Assembly: GCA_002633005.1 (NCBI GenBank)
Contig: NMRA01000837.1
Location: 62,089 to 126,088, forward strand
Reading direction: 5' to 3'
DNA: 64,000 nucleotides
Source of the DNA: Phoronis australis
Taxonomy: Eukaryota > Animalia > Phoronida
Under the pieces are notes generated by a model, which saw only the letters and a program-made list of their open reading frames with translations, made no database searches and had not been told where the DNA came from. This document shows positions 14,101-27,429 of this stretch, in pieces (the stretch's first letter is position 1; every line of letters starts with the position of its first letter). A program made the translations under genes and the position numbers.

Positions 14101-17100
14101 TCATATTTCATTAATTATCCTATTGACTGGTTGAGATCTGCACTCTGATTCTTTTTGAGTCTACCTTATTTGGCTTAACAACTGCCCATGCCCCTATAAG
14201 CACCCCCCAGGCATTTTCAGACTTTGCTAAAATAAGTGCCCAACTACACAGGAATTTAGAAATCTTAGGGACGCTAGCTGGAAAACTTAAGGAGGATTTC
14301 AGGTAATTTGCTTGTCGAGTTGAACATGCTATGAACATTCCCACTAAATAAGATTGGTCCTAACCCCAGTGGTTAAGGTAAACGGTGGGGTATGGAAAAT
14401 TGAACTAGACCGTATTTATCCACCTTGGCTGAGTCGCGCTCGGCTCACGATCAAAGGGATGCCGCCAAGCTGCTCTAGTCATCGAGTCACAAGCGAGGAT
14501 AATTGGCTTCGCTCATGCGGATATGATCAGCTGATTACAATCTAGCTAGCAGACTGTACTTTTTATGGAGAGAGTTTTACGTAGTTTTTACTGTATTATT
14601 TGAAAAGAGGAGCCAAAACAAATATGAGTACAACTTTGAATTTTTCAAATCGGCCCAGGATAAGAGATTTTGCAACACAGCAACACTCACGATTACTTTC
14701 ATTCGGCGCGCACTAATACAAAAATATAGGACCCANNNNNNNNNNNNNNNNNNNNNNNNNNNNNNNNNNNNNNNNNNNNNNNNNNNNNNNNNNNNNNNNN
14801 NNNNNNNNNNNNNNNNNNNNNNNNNNNNNNNNNNNNNNNNNNNNNNNNNNNNNNNNNNNNNNNNNNNNNNNNNNNNNNNNNNNNNNNNNNNNNNNNNNNN
14901 NNNNNNNNNNNNNNNNNNNNNNNNNNNNNNNNNNNNNNNNNNNNNNNNNNNNNNNNNNNNNNNNNNNNNNNNNNNNNNNNNNNNNNNNNNNNNNNNNNNN
15001 NNNNNNNNNNNNNNNNNNNNNNNNNNNNNNNNNNNNNNNNNNNNNNNNNNNNNNNNNNNNNNNNNNNNNNNNNNNNNNNNNNNNNNNNNNNNNNNNNNNN
15101 NNNNNNNNNNNNNNNNNNNNNNNNNNNNNNNNNNNNNNNNNNNNNNNNNNNNNNNNNNNNNNNNNNNNNNNNNNNNNNNNNNNNNNNNNNNNNNNNNNNN
15201 NNNNNNNNNNNNNNNNNNNNNNNNNNNNNNNNNNNNNNNNNNNNNNNNNNNNNNNNNNNNNNNNNNNNNNNNNNNNNNNNNNNNNNNNNNNNNNNNNNNN
15301 NNNNNNNNNNNNNNNNNNNNNNNNNNNNNNNNNNNNNNNNNNNNNNNNNNNNNNNNNNNNNNNNNNNNNNNNNNNNNNNNNNNNNNNNNNNNNNNNNNNN
15401 NNNNNNNNNNNNNNNNNNNNNNNNNNNNNNNNNNNNNNNNNNNNNNNNNNNNNNNNNNNNNNNNNNNNNNNNNNNNNNNNNNNNNNNNNNNNNNNNNNNN
15501 NNNNNNNNNNNNNNNNNNNNNNNNNNNNNNNNNNNNNNNNNNNNNNNNNNNNNNNNNNNNNNNNNNNNNNNNNNNNNNNNNNNNNNNNNNNNNNNNNNNN
15601 NNNNNNNNNNNNNNNNNNNNNNNNNNNNNNNNNNNNNNNNNNNNNNNNNNNNNNNNNNNNNNNNNNNNNNNNNNNNNNNNNNNNNNNNNNNNNNNNNNNN
15701 NNGTGATGCAAGACATTATTCTTTGTTGCATTATAGTAACTGGTCTTGGCTAATTATCATTTTATGGCCTGGTCATCCATTCAGCCAAAAGTAGTTCCAG
15801 AGGTGGCTTATCAGCCAATTATTCACGCATGCTGACTCACAATAGAAGCCTGATAAGAGTGAAGGTGGATAAATGCAGTGTTCCTACAGTTTCTTGTTTT
15901 AGTGGACGTGTTCACGACATGAAACTGTATTTTTATTCAAGCAATAAAGTTGCCATATCGACGATGGAAAAGCAGTCAGTCGGCGAGTTTTCGCCCTAGG
16001 AATTTATGCACAATTTTCTGTAAATTGATTGTAATTCAACAGCAAAGTTTGATAGCAATGTACCACAATTTTGTAGAAAGTCTGTCATAGGTTACAGATA
16101 TGTCACAGAGCGTAAATATGATGAATCTTAGCTTCCGATTTCACCCGTTTCGAAGACCGAGTTTCAACCGCCTTGAGTTACAATAAGCGGCCCCCTTGAA
16201 ACAAATTTTTCTAAGCGCCCTAGGCGGTTATTAGGGCGAATACGTTGGTTTCTTTGGACACAAAAAACAAATTTCTCAATTACACGCCATGCAGGTGATG
16301 TTGGAATGCGAGTATATTATTTGACTAAATCAGCTGGCATCTCTATACAGCACTTGGGAACATACAAGCAAATTAAAAGAACCTTGGTCTGCCATTTGAA
16401 AGCTTGTTCCGTAAGTCACGCAAGAGTACAAAGTTGCAGAATGATAAAATGTTACTTACATCGACATCAAATAAATAGATGAAATCGGATGAGTAGCTAA
16501 CCAGGATTTGTCTCCCATTGTCACTGTACTTAAGGGAAGTGATGCGATGAGAGGCGTTCTTCAGTGAAGGAGGTACGAATCTACACACAAGGCCAGTGAT
16601 ACCTCGGCCAGAGTATGAGCCTGAAATTCAAATGATCATTATGAGATCAAATCTGAAGACTGAGGGTATAAGCGAGCACCTTCAATGCCACTTTCTCATT
16701 TACATCAAAGTTAGCCTGCAGCAGACAAAATGCCCTTTTGAAACCAGAAATGCAAGTATTTTTGAATAGATAATTATTTCTGTTTCAATCTTACATCTGG
16801 CAGTGAGTAAAAAATTTGTAGTTTCCTGTTTATAAATACCAAGTTTCATTTGATGAGTGGACTTATGCACTTACCTAATTACTTTGAACAGTTTACACTG
16901 TTAAGACAGAAAAGTTACAAATGACAAAAATTCAAAAAACAATGATAAACATTGACATGTACAGCATATCCTTATTATATCCTTAGAATACAAAGTACAA
17001 ATGACAACAATAAAATGAAAAAGCATACTGCAGTCTAAACTGCTTTATCATGTATTCATCTCTTGGAGGGACAGTAACCCAACCAAAATTTCCTTACCGG

Positions 17101-20100
17101 TCAATCTTGTACCGAGCATGCGTCGGTCAAACACTCGGGCAGAACTGTCAGAGCATCCGACTGCAAGGTAGTAAGGATGAACTGGGTCCACAGCTAGAGA
17201 GGTCACAGCTCTACGGCAGTTGATCAGCACATCCTGAATGGAGGTCAAGAGTACTTTAAATTCGAAGGTTACGCTATATCTCAGTTGCTTATGGCTATTT
17301 ATAGGTGATCATGATGTACTTACATTTTGTTCTGACCAGGAATATAAAAAAACAAGAGTCCATAACCAAATTAATTTTTTGAACTTGTAGCCCAAAATAA
17401 ATACCACGTTAACTGATATAAGGGCTGTCAAACTGTTTGACACAAAATCTGTAACTATCATGCTAAAAATCTGTATTTTGCAAGTGAAAACTTAATGTAC
17501 GACATCCAATATTTTTCGGAAAGATCTCGAGAGATGAGCCCATGGCAAAAAGACCTTAATTTAGCTTGAAATCATGTTCCACTAATTTAAAGCACCTTAG
17601 GTTTCAGCAAGTCTCAACAATTTCTGATCCATTGACCAATCATGAAAGAGAAAGCCCAATATGCAAAGCACAACAAGCTCTGGCACTCACATACGCCTAA
17701 CTCATCGGCCATTATGCTCTCTTCATTTACCAGATTTTTCTTCCCCGAGCTTGTGGATCACGTTTCAAAAATGCCGATAATCAAAAGCTCACTTTGCTTT
17801 CAACTGCTTTTTTAACAGAACTAAAAGCTCAAAATCCGTTACATTTTATACCCTGTACGTGACAACTTACTGCCTTAGAACCACATAGAGCAGACACAAA
17901 TCCGGAACTGTTGGCAGCCATGTGACATACCAAAATTGGTGTGACTCAGTGAACCAGATAGGGGATTGCCCAACCTGTATGCAGACCTCTTAAAGGGACA
18001 TTGTCAGACTTACTGCCAAAACTGCACCTTTGGGATTACTGCCGGATAGGTTAGACTACTTGAAGTTACCAGCTATGACCAGAGCAAAAAATCAAGAAAA
18101 TATCCGTTGTGTTGTTTTATTACAAATTGCTAACTCTCGCCATTGTCTGCCAGCCATTCGCTGAAATAAAGGCCGGTGACTTTACCAGTTAAATATTGTG
18201 AAACTATAGTGGCATTTAATAAGAGGGGTTAAGCTCTGACAACAGGGCACTACACTGTGTCTGAGGGGCAGGGTTTAGAATGACCAATGACAAAAAGAGG
18301 AAAAATTTCCAGGTGATGTATCGTTCCACAAATAAAGAAATAATCTTGTGTGATAAAAACATTTTTGGGTTGAAAAATTTAACATTTTTGCATGAAAAAA
18401 GTCAAAATAATGATAAAAAAGAGACGAAAAAGATGACACTGGAAATCAAATAAGAAGAATTCAAAACCAAAAAAGAGGAAATCCTCTTAACAGAGGAAAA
18501 TTCCAAGCCCTGCAGGAGGTTGCAAATTCAATACTGCGCAGAGACTGATCTTGGAAAATCACATTTCTTGCCAATAGTGTCCCTTTAAGAGTCATCTTGA
18601 ATGACTCATTTCTCATTCTCCAATGTCACGGAAGTCACCTACACAGACCTGATTACAGTCCTCTTCACGACAGTGTTGCTTCAACCGCAAGTCAAACCAG
18701 CGCACTGTGCCATCCTCACCACAAGACAACAAGGAATACGGGTCACCGGGTACCGTGACAACCTAAAATCAGCCAATCAACAAGGATCAGAGGTCACAAC
18801 GAAAAAGAAACAGGAGTCAGTGTGATAACATAAAATGACCCAATAAACACCCTCTGCATCACAGTGCACCATCATACACATACATTACGAAGTGATTAAA
18901 AGCTCATAAAACAGACAGAATAAAAATAACCCTAATTCAAACCAGGAAATCAGGGTTTACAAACCATAATGCATAGCCTAATCACAAAGCATTCAACATA
19001 AAAAACGTTTAAAGGTAAACGAATTTCATCAGGGCTGTTCCAGTAAAATCCGTGTGGGAGGGGGGGGACAGCAGTAGAAATAAAAATTCATGGGTGGTGG
19101 TCTTCAGAAAAAAACACAAATTATGGGTGGTCGTTCCTGTAAGAAGTGATGCATTAAAAATGGGTGGTATTTTTTGACCTGTTAATGTTGACAGGTTGAT
19201 TACTTCAGCCCTCAAAACTCAAAACAAGCCAATACAAAAAAGCCCATATTGCCAGTGAACAGAGTGCAATATGTTCACTAAGCCATTAATCAAGCCATGG
19301 GCAACTTGATTTGAGCCAACTGTTTGTCTGCAGTCCTATTGAATTGAAAAGTTATGCAACACTAAACTGGTGTTAACACATATAAGAAAATTGATGATTT
19401 TTAAATAAAAAGTATGAGGAGTAAGATAAACAAGTTCCAATATTCACTTGACATAGAAGTATAAAAGAGTTCGTGGAGACAGTTTGAGATTCATAGATCC
19501 TTATAATTGAAAAAATGTTCATTGAAATTATAGACACATGGTGAACAGAGACACCTGGTGGCTGCCAAAAGTATTGCTCACAGGCTACTTTAGTTTTTGA
19601 CAATATTGGACAAGACAACTAGTTCTTGTCTGTCAATCATCTAAGTTCTTAACAGGTCCTCCTGGAGGCAATTTGTTTGCAAGTGTTGGATTTTATATTT
19701 TAACCTATTAAAAATAATTAAAAAATTATGGGTCATGGGTTGGAGAAATAAATGAAAATTATGGGCGGTGGGTACGAAATAAAAGTGCCTTCCCCCCCCT
19801 CCCATACAGATTTTGCTGGAACAGCCCTCAACTGTTGTTTACAGTTAAGCTAACAATAACTGTTTGGGCAAGTATTGCAGCAATTGAATTGATAGTCTGT
19901 ATACTAACATTTACCAAGATAATACATTATAAATATAATACATTACCTCTAGAACTATTTTCCAATTAGTGAGTAGGTACAGTTCTAATTTCTAATGATA
20001 AAGTGATTCGTATGACAGGCAGTAAAGAACAGTCATTTAATTCAAACGATGCACATGTATTCCTCATGTATCCAGTTAGTTCTAACAATAAAGCTAATTA

Positions 20101-23100
20101 TCCCTCCAAGACACCGCCAAGTCAACAAACCTCGTACACGGTCCCAAAGTGACAGTTAAAAGAGGTGGTAGAATCTTCCCTCTCCACATTTGTGAAATAG
20201 ATCATCCCATCACCGGAGCATGACACAATCTGCAAGTGTAGTAAGTCTGCTTCATGAAAAGTGACTTTTAAGTCACTTAAAGACTTAGGACAGAAATTTG
20301 GTCCTGTGCTCCTGCTTCACAGTTTGTGAATTAAGTTTTAGCAAAGTATTTATTAGCTCCTCACAGACTGTAAATAATAATCAAAATTACCTCTCAGTTA
20401 CTAGACGTTTTGTGTATATTCTCCGATGCTTTGCATCTTTGGTAAACCAAGATTAAATTATTTTTCAAAAAGAATTGTGTAGAGCGTAACTGTCGCATGG
20501 AGGGAAGAGCAAGATCCTCCGCAGCACACAAACGTATTGACAACCTTCTAGTTACAGTACACCAAGTATTCAGACAAAATGAACAGTATGAAAACCATCA
20601 ACCGAAAACACTCGTGTGTTTAACGAATTCTGTTTGCAACAAAATTTTCAGATTTGTAGTAGAGTGATCCTTCAAATATGTTAGCCATGTTCAGATGACA
20701 ACAATCCTTCAGTCATGCACGATCAGTTCGCTTTGAAAATAACATTAGCTCAGTTCATACACCAGTGACCAGTTCAAGTGCTGTCGAGACTGCCAATGTT
20801 GGAGATGCCATAGGTCACGCTGGATATATTCTACACTCAGTCGTGCAACGGGAAACTAGTAACTTAATGATCATTTACACCTGATTGCCATTATTATTCC
20901 AAATACAACTGCTACAGCTGGCGTTATCGACGACGTTAAATGACAGTAAACTTACGTGGTTGTCTGACGTGTTTGGCAAAAACTTGGCACTGAAGATATT
21001 GGCTCTGTGACCACTATGCATCGAGAAAATCGTCTGAAATGGACAACAGCGAAATTAGAAGCAAAGTTTTAGAACTTGATCACATGACACAAACATCAAA
21101 ATGTGGGATTAATAATAAACAGAATACCGAGAGTTAAAATTTAAGAAAGGATGGACAGGGAATCTGTCCAGGTTGGTTGCTCTTCAAGAACTAGGTAAAG
21201 TCCTCAAGGCTTTGTATCCCTTTCAAATCTTCAAACAGAAATGTGAAATCTCAGTCACTATAGCTTGTGGTCCCATAAATCACACACGAGAATTATTTAC
21301 AGTTCACTTTCAGATTTCCTTTTCAGAATGTAAGGAGTTCGTTATTGTAATTATTATAGCTCAAAAATAAAATTTAGTTTCTTTCTACTGAGCAAGATAC
21401 TCAATGTGTGGTTCACCACGTGCATTAAAAAATAAAGACAAAATAATTTTCAAAATAATGAATGCCAGAACGAGACTCGCATAGTTTAACTAAAAGTGCT
21501 AAGCCAAATTTTCCATTGAAGCTATTTTTACAACATACTTCTGTGATTATCAACGACATGCGCAAATTTCAGCATAGTCTTGGACTACTTATCATTCCCT
21601 GGCCTTTACTTACTATGAAGCAGTCCTTTTGACAGTCCCTGATGTTGATAATCAGGCAATACATTGCTAACCAGTGGATGAATCTGGTTAACAAAATCTG
21701 GGAACTTCAAAACGGTATACTGCCATTGCAACATTGTACGTATATGGTGGAGTAGTTGGGGCATTTACGTTGTATCAGTGGTCCATTATGACGACCAACT
21801 CGATATGATCAGAGTCTGAGATTAATCGGTTACAGTGTTTGCTCAGAGAAATATAGAGAAAACATGGCGTATATGTCTACAGCTTCATTTCTAATTCAAT
21901 GCTTCGTATTAAGTCCGCGTCACAATAGCAGCATTGACTATGGAAAACAAGTTTGAGATAACCAATGATTTTGAGTTTTTAGTGAAAATATAAATGTCTG
22001 ATGGCTTCTCCCCTACCTTTTGTGAGTATGGGTTGACGATGTTTAAGAACTGGTCATCAGAGCCCGACAGAATGTAACTGCCCGTCTCATTCCAGCTGAT
22101 TGTGTTCACCTAGAAAGGCAACGACAATTACTATCACACAATCAAGCTTTGAAATAGTCAAAATAGTGTTCTCCACCGCTTGTTTCACCGTGTCGCTGGT
22201 AGTTGCCACAAGTTTGAATGGCCCGTGTTTGAAAAAATAACGACCACCATACAAAAAAGTTGTCACCTTCGTTGCTAACGTCTTCATTGCTTTATTAGGC
22301 TTAACAATAACTGGGTCAGCTATTACTGCTTAACTAAAGCAGGTAACAAGGCAGGTAAATGTGCACAACTGAAGGACATATGCACTACAGACAAGGTCAC
22401 CTGCCACTCAGCTGCTCACTTCCGAAACAGCATGTTTCAGGCTTGGCATTCCGACACGCTTGGATTTTCAGTTGTGGAGAACACTGATATCATACTGAAC
22501 TTAAAGACAATTCTAATTGTTTTCAATACAGCCACATTTCTACCTACTGCCAAGAGGTAAGTGAGCAGTTACTTGCATGAAAAAGCATGGACTAAGAGTC
22601 ACATAACCATGTCATCAGATATAGAAACTTAAAGTAACATTTTACTCGAATTGTGACTGATTAGAAAACCTGTTCCCAAGCAAAATACAGTTGTTCCGCT
22701 CACGAATACACACAGACCTAGACTAACAAATCCACGGGTTAACACTGATGCCGTGCAAACTAAATAATTTTGTGTGTCAAATGATACCAACACTTGACCC
22801 AATAGCCATTCAAAATTTGTTTCAACTCATTTCTCACCAAGATGAAAAAAAAGTTGAGGATTTTGAATGAATTGGCAATACACAGCAACTTGGGATTGAG
22901 TACAAGGTGGGTTTTATGTGCTGAAAGCAATACGGCTAATGACCATTATGAGGCCAGGTCACTAACCAGGCACTTAACAAAGGTATCACTATGTGATATT
23001 CAGTGCTTATTGGCTAAAAACGAGTAGAAAAAAACAAAGTCTTAACAAGTAACATTCACAGTGTATGAGCATAGAGTTCACGACTAGGGTTAAGCTTGAA

Positions 23101-24400
23101 GAAGACATTCTTACACATCCTCTGTGAACATCTAGTTTGCATTGTAGTTGAAGTCGCTGAACAAGATCCAGACTTCCTGCAAACAGAAGAGAACAGTTAG
23201 GTAATTTTAAGTTATACAAGGGACTATCAAGAAATTGAGATTTTTGTCATGAAAAAATCAAAAGTTGTATAAAGTGTAAATGAAATTACATTTACATTAA
23301 ACGGTCAATACAGACTTGTCGATAAGGTCCTAATAGTAAGTATGGTATAATCTCACCAATTTGAGACAAAAACAATCGCCAAAATTGTCCTTTCTCCTTT
23401 TAAGATCTTCTTACATTGTTGTGAGGATCCAGAAGTTTTCAAAAATTGTGTGTGATGGTAAACATCATCCAAAACTTGAATATTGTAAAGTATCAATTTC
23501 ACTGCCATAGACTTTATATGAAAAATAAAATGTCAGCTGTTGGCCATATTTTGTTCTAAATTGCCTGGTAAAAGCTTACTGCAAGTAAGAGATTAAAAAG
23601 TAGACAGGAAAACCAAGGAAGACCGCCGGTGAAGATATTGATGAGACAAATACATCAAAACATAGAAGGCGATAGTTTGCAAAATCCATCAAAATCTTCG
23701 GGAAGCTTTCACAAGTAAATAAGTCTCAGAGCAAATGCTGGTTGGGTAACACTGTCAGCTGCTAATGTAGAAAATATTCATGTGAAACATGAGCTGGAAT
23801 AACCGAGACTTTGAAATGAAAATACAAAAAATTGCAAAATTAACAGAGGTGCACTTTTGGCAACACCGATAACTCATACAATATGCAGATCAATTTAGAG
23901 TACAAAATTCCAGCATCCTCACTTCAAAATCTGAAATTTCAATGAATTTTTGGAGACCGTTACCAACATCATCTCCATCTACACGAGCTAACGAAACATA
24001 CGCTGTAGGGAAGGAGAGGGTCGAGGGTTGCTGTTGGCGTACACCGTACGCTATCAATGTCAAAAGAATGGCAATGCAAGATTCAATGCTCCATTTGTTG
24101 CTTTCATATTATTAAAATAAGAGGAATGCCGTTTGAATTTTCACACTTAAATTACTCCTCACCAGTCCTCAGAACAGGAATGATGCTACACTAGACCGCT
24201 CAAGATTCCTACATCGGTTGATTTCTGCATTGTGCCAGTCAGTGCTTTAAGTTATATAGGAGGGTTATTAGGCAACGACTAGTCACAATCATGGGAAAAC
24301 AAAGACCTTTTGCAGCATTGAAAAGACAACACGGGTGTCTCCTTCCTGCGCGTACATCATGCCGTAAAGAGAACAGACTCCTCTTGTGGCCGTTATGCAT
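5188..24400 (-). CDS. DCAF6: DDB1- and CUL4-associated factor 6 (WD40 + IQ motif; NRIP/IQWD1), 17 coding exons, about 944 aa
   Basis: Phase-consistent GT-AG exons, 5' to 3': 24400-24307, 23176-23115, 22109-22017, 21033-20956, 20229-20131, 18762-18649, 17233-17098, 16620-16460, 13397-13290, 12887-11726, 11135-11010, 10056-10008, 9249-9108, 8187-8031, 6679-6591, 6359-6254, 5246-5188 (total 2835 nt). DCAF6 motifs: [57 protein letters not shown]-like [63 protein letters not shown]. The low-complexity middle exons are less certain, and the N-gap could hide an exon. Confidence 0.93.
10161..10430 (+). mobile_element. 3' end of a HERO-like (restriction-like endonuclease) non-LTR retrotransposon in a DCAF6 intron, antisense to the gene
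   Basis: Translation [45 protein letters not shown] resembles the C-terminus of RLE-type LINEs (PVEVGCRGF...AAE.AS.WLW.KR). It is followed by a short UTR-like segment (gatcagcc..gagagg..cgaaacccacaatga). Confidence 0.55.
13467..14051. mobile_element. piggyBac-like MITE
   Basis: TTAA|CCCTTATCCTGC ... GCTGGATAAGGG|TTAA: TTAA target duplication and CCC..GGG terminal inverted repeats. Confidence 0.8.
14736..15702. other. Assembly gap (N run) in a DCAF6 intron
   Basis: Run of N. The ORFs crossing it are artefacts. Confidence 0.99.
17994..18584. mobile_element. Kolobok-like MITE (TTAA TSD) with a possible nested CAGGG..CCCTG (hAT-like) element at 18269-18512
   Basis: TTAA|AGGGACATT ... AGTGTCCCT|TTAA. 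The inner element has CAGGGTTTAGAAT..ATTCCAAGCCCTG ends but no clear TSD. Confidence 0.65.
19032..19827. mobile_element. PIF/Harbinger (Tourist-like) MITE
   Basis: About 37-bp TIRs GGGCTGTTCCAGTAAAATCCGTGTGGGAGGGGGGGGA / TCCCCCCCCTCCCATACAGATTTTGCTGGAACAGCCC, with a 3-bp TSD TCA on both sides. Confidence 0.85.
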
Positions 24401-26133
24401 TTCACCTATGATGAGGAACCTGAAAAATAAATCATGATTAAGCACATGCAGTTGGAGTGTCTGAACCTTAAAGGATGATACTCTTTGACCCATCCTAAAC
24501 TACGTGTACATGCTACAAATCATTAAATAGAATTGGGGATGCCATGCAGACACGGCATTTACAATAGTGATTGCTGGTTAAGATTCATTTAAGAGCTGAT
24601 AGAACTAATGATGTTATCTTAAAATAGATGCAACTAAACAGCTGTTGGGAACTTACCTACAAACCCGGGGATCCTACAATTATGTTTCAGAAGCCACAGG
24701 GAACATGAGTTCCTATCTTTTGAGAGGGTAAATAACCAAAAAATCTCATTTGGTATCGAATCTAGATGACACAAGTCTCTAAATTGAGGCTAGCCAGATA
24801 TGAATCTAGTCCATTATCAAGCATTCATGTGTGCTTTCGGTCAGCATTAGGACTTGCAGGCCTGTCATCTAACGTGATTCAAAAAGTTACTAAAACCATT
24901 CACTGACGGGTACCAGACAAACACATTTAATGCATCTAGTTTAGCTAATTTTCATCATAGTTCTTCGGGTTGAAATGATACTATATTAACATTTTATGAA
25001 AAGTTCAATTTCAAGGGCCAAACAGATTTAATAATCACCAGTGTCTCGATACATTAATTTATTTGCTGTGAAGACACCACTAATGTGGTACTTGCTCTAT
25101 TCTACCCAACAGGTCCTCGGATTAAATTCCCTGATAAACGGGTCTGTTGTGGACAATGGAAATTGTACAAATCTACTGACAAAATAAGGTGCCACAAAAT
25201 GGGTCAAGCTTCTAATGAACATGTTCTGTAAATGCCTATTTTGTAATGCAAGTCCCTACACTCTCCCAGTGCTATGAGGAGAAGCCTTGTCATTTTGTCA
25301 AACAATGACGGGGAATCAGGGTGGTCACTGGTTAACAATACGGTCATAATTGGACATTGTTAGAGTCAGCATAGTTCGGTAGCAGCCTTTCGTTAACACA
25401 AACTTCATTGAAAACACAACTGGACTTTTTTGACAGCTTAATACAGACTTGCACGTAGAGTAGAAACAATCTCCTTTCTTCAGGCATGCAGCTACAGAGC
25501 AAAACTCCCCAGACATAATAGACATACAAATTAAAACATAGCCATGTTTTGAGCCATTTTTAACCTTTTTCACCGTGCCTGATAACCACAAAATATTTCA
25601 ATTGACATCATGCCAGTTAGGCAAGGACCCGCCTGAGACTGAACGAAGCACATGACTTAACTTGGTGCGTGACACTTACAAAAAGTAGCTACAGAAGATA
25701 TATCCGGTGGAATTTATAAGATAACATTTTCGTATGTCAACAAGCGTGATTTCGCGCAACTTCCAGGAAGGGTAGCTTGAGTGAACCACGACAGATTTTC
25801 TTGGATTTGTTCAAACTATGTCGAATTCGAGTCACTAACTAAATGCAACAAAATGTTTTAGCACAGCTATATTTAAGCAATTTAAATGTTCAAATTGGGT
25901 TGATTTGTAGAAAATTTTATACTCATCACACCTTGATTGGTGCCATCAAATTTTACTTATTTTCCATAATTCTCAGGCAGTGGATTGTGTCAAAAGTGGA
26001 TCAAGGGTGTCGAATGTGGGTCATTTGAAAAATATAGTCCAAATTCACAAGAATTGGATCAAAACTACCGGAATCAAAGCATAAGTAAACAAAAAGGACA
26101 GATGGACTGTATTGTGCATAGACATCTTATACT

Positions 26134-27429
26134 ATAGACCGAGTGCACGCGTAACTGCAGCTGACAACTTGACGCCATATTGGAGAGTGTTACAAGACAT
26201 GTGACACGGCTAATTGCCGTGTAAACAAACGGGGTAAATTGTCTTTTTCAAATCGCGATATCTAATAAATAAAGAGGCAGAAGACTGTGATTTTTCCATA
26301 AACAAACAAAAACATGTGATGTAGCACTTACATGCATTTTTTAAGAGTAAATCATTCGATAGGGAAAATATTAAACTATTAGAAGATCGCAACCGCTGGC
26401 AGATTCTCGAGTGGCCTGAGCGGCTGCCCGCCTATCAATCCACTGCAAGCATATTATTTTTCGTTTTTTTTTCAAGAGAAACCACTAAGATCATGCAAAT
26501 TTATCATTTAATTCGTGTCGCTCGATGCAAATACATTATATCCAGGAGACGTGCCGCTCACTCGGGACTTACTATCGTGGTGCTCCAATAAGCCTTTTCA
26601 CTGTGTGTTAAACAATGACCCCGGATAACTTCATAAAATTAAAATATGACCCGGGTCTCTTTTAATGGGGTCAAAATTTAATATGAACTACTGTAAAAAA
26701 TGACCTCATTGGGGTCATATAAATAAATGACAGGTTTTTAAAGTTCATTAGGGTGCTCTGCCTTTCAGTACAGTGGTTGCGAGCGTGTGATAACATCTAG
26801 CTCCTTTGTTAACTAATGAGCATAGTCAACATGCAGATAAATTATCTACCAGGCTTATAACCGACCACATGTGAACACAGTCAAACCCAGTACGTTGGTA
26901 CGTTCGGACAGAATAGATTGTCTTAACTTCGATTGTAGTTGGGCGATTTTGGTGATTCAAAAATTATAAGCTTGATCAGTATTTGATGGGCAATTCAGAA
27001 ATGTCATTGGTTTATGTTCAAACAACTTATAACTTAACTTATTTTTAACAGCACAGCCCAGATTAGAGCAACTATCGAACAAAAGAGAGCTGACTCTCCA
27101 ACTCTAATTGCCAGAATGGACTTAATTAGTCGTCTGTGTAAAATATTGGCTGTGTACAGCGGTCATCCACCCAAATTGTGCTATGCACCCTGACAAGTTA
27201 GACTAAACGGGACAACTCTGTAATGTAAAAAGCAAAGACCACAGACGCAATTCCTCCAAAAAACTTAACTCTTTGGCTGCAGGCATAAAACTGCGAGCCC
27301 CCGGATTTTCTGATTGATGCCATAGGGCTCCCACCAATGTTTTCTGCCATTTTTGTCCCATGTAACAATCTCCAATATGGCGTCATATTGACAACACGAG
27401 CTGCAAGTATCTGCGTATGCCTAGTCTAT
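26134..27429. mobile_element. Non-autonomous TIR DNA element upstream of DCAF6
   Basis: Imperfect ~65-bp inverted ends: atagac..tgcagct..tgacgccatattggagagtgttaca vs tgtaacaatctccaatatggcgtca..agctgca..gtctat. Confidence 0.6.

Noticed and set aside
14577-15731. Long ORFs of 384 and 332 aa
   Set aside because: They consist almost entirely of translated N-gap.
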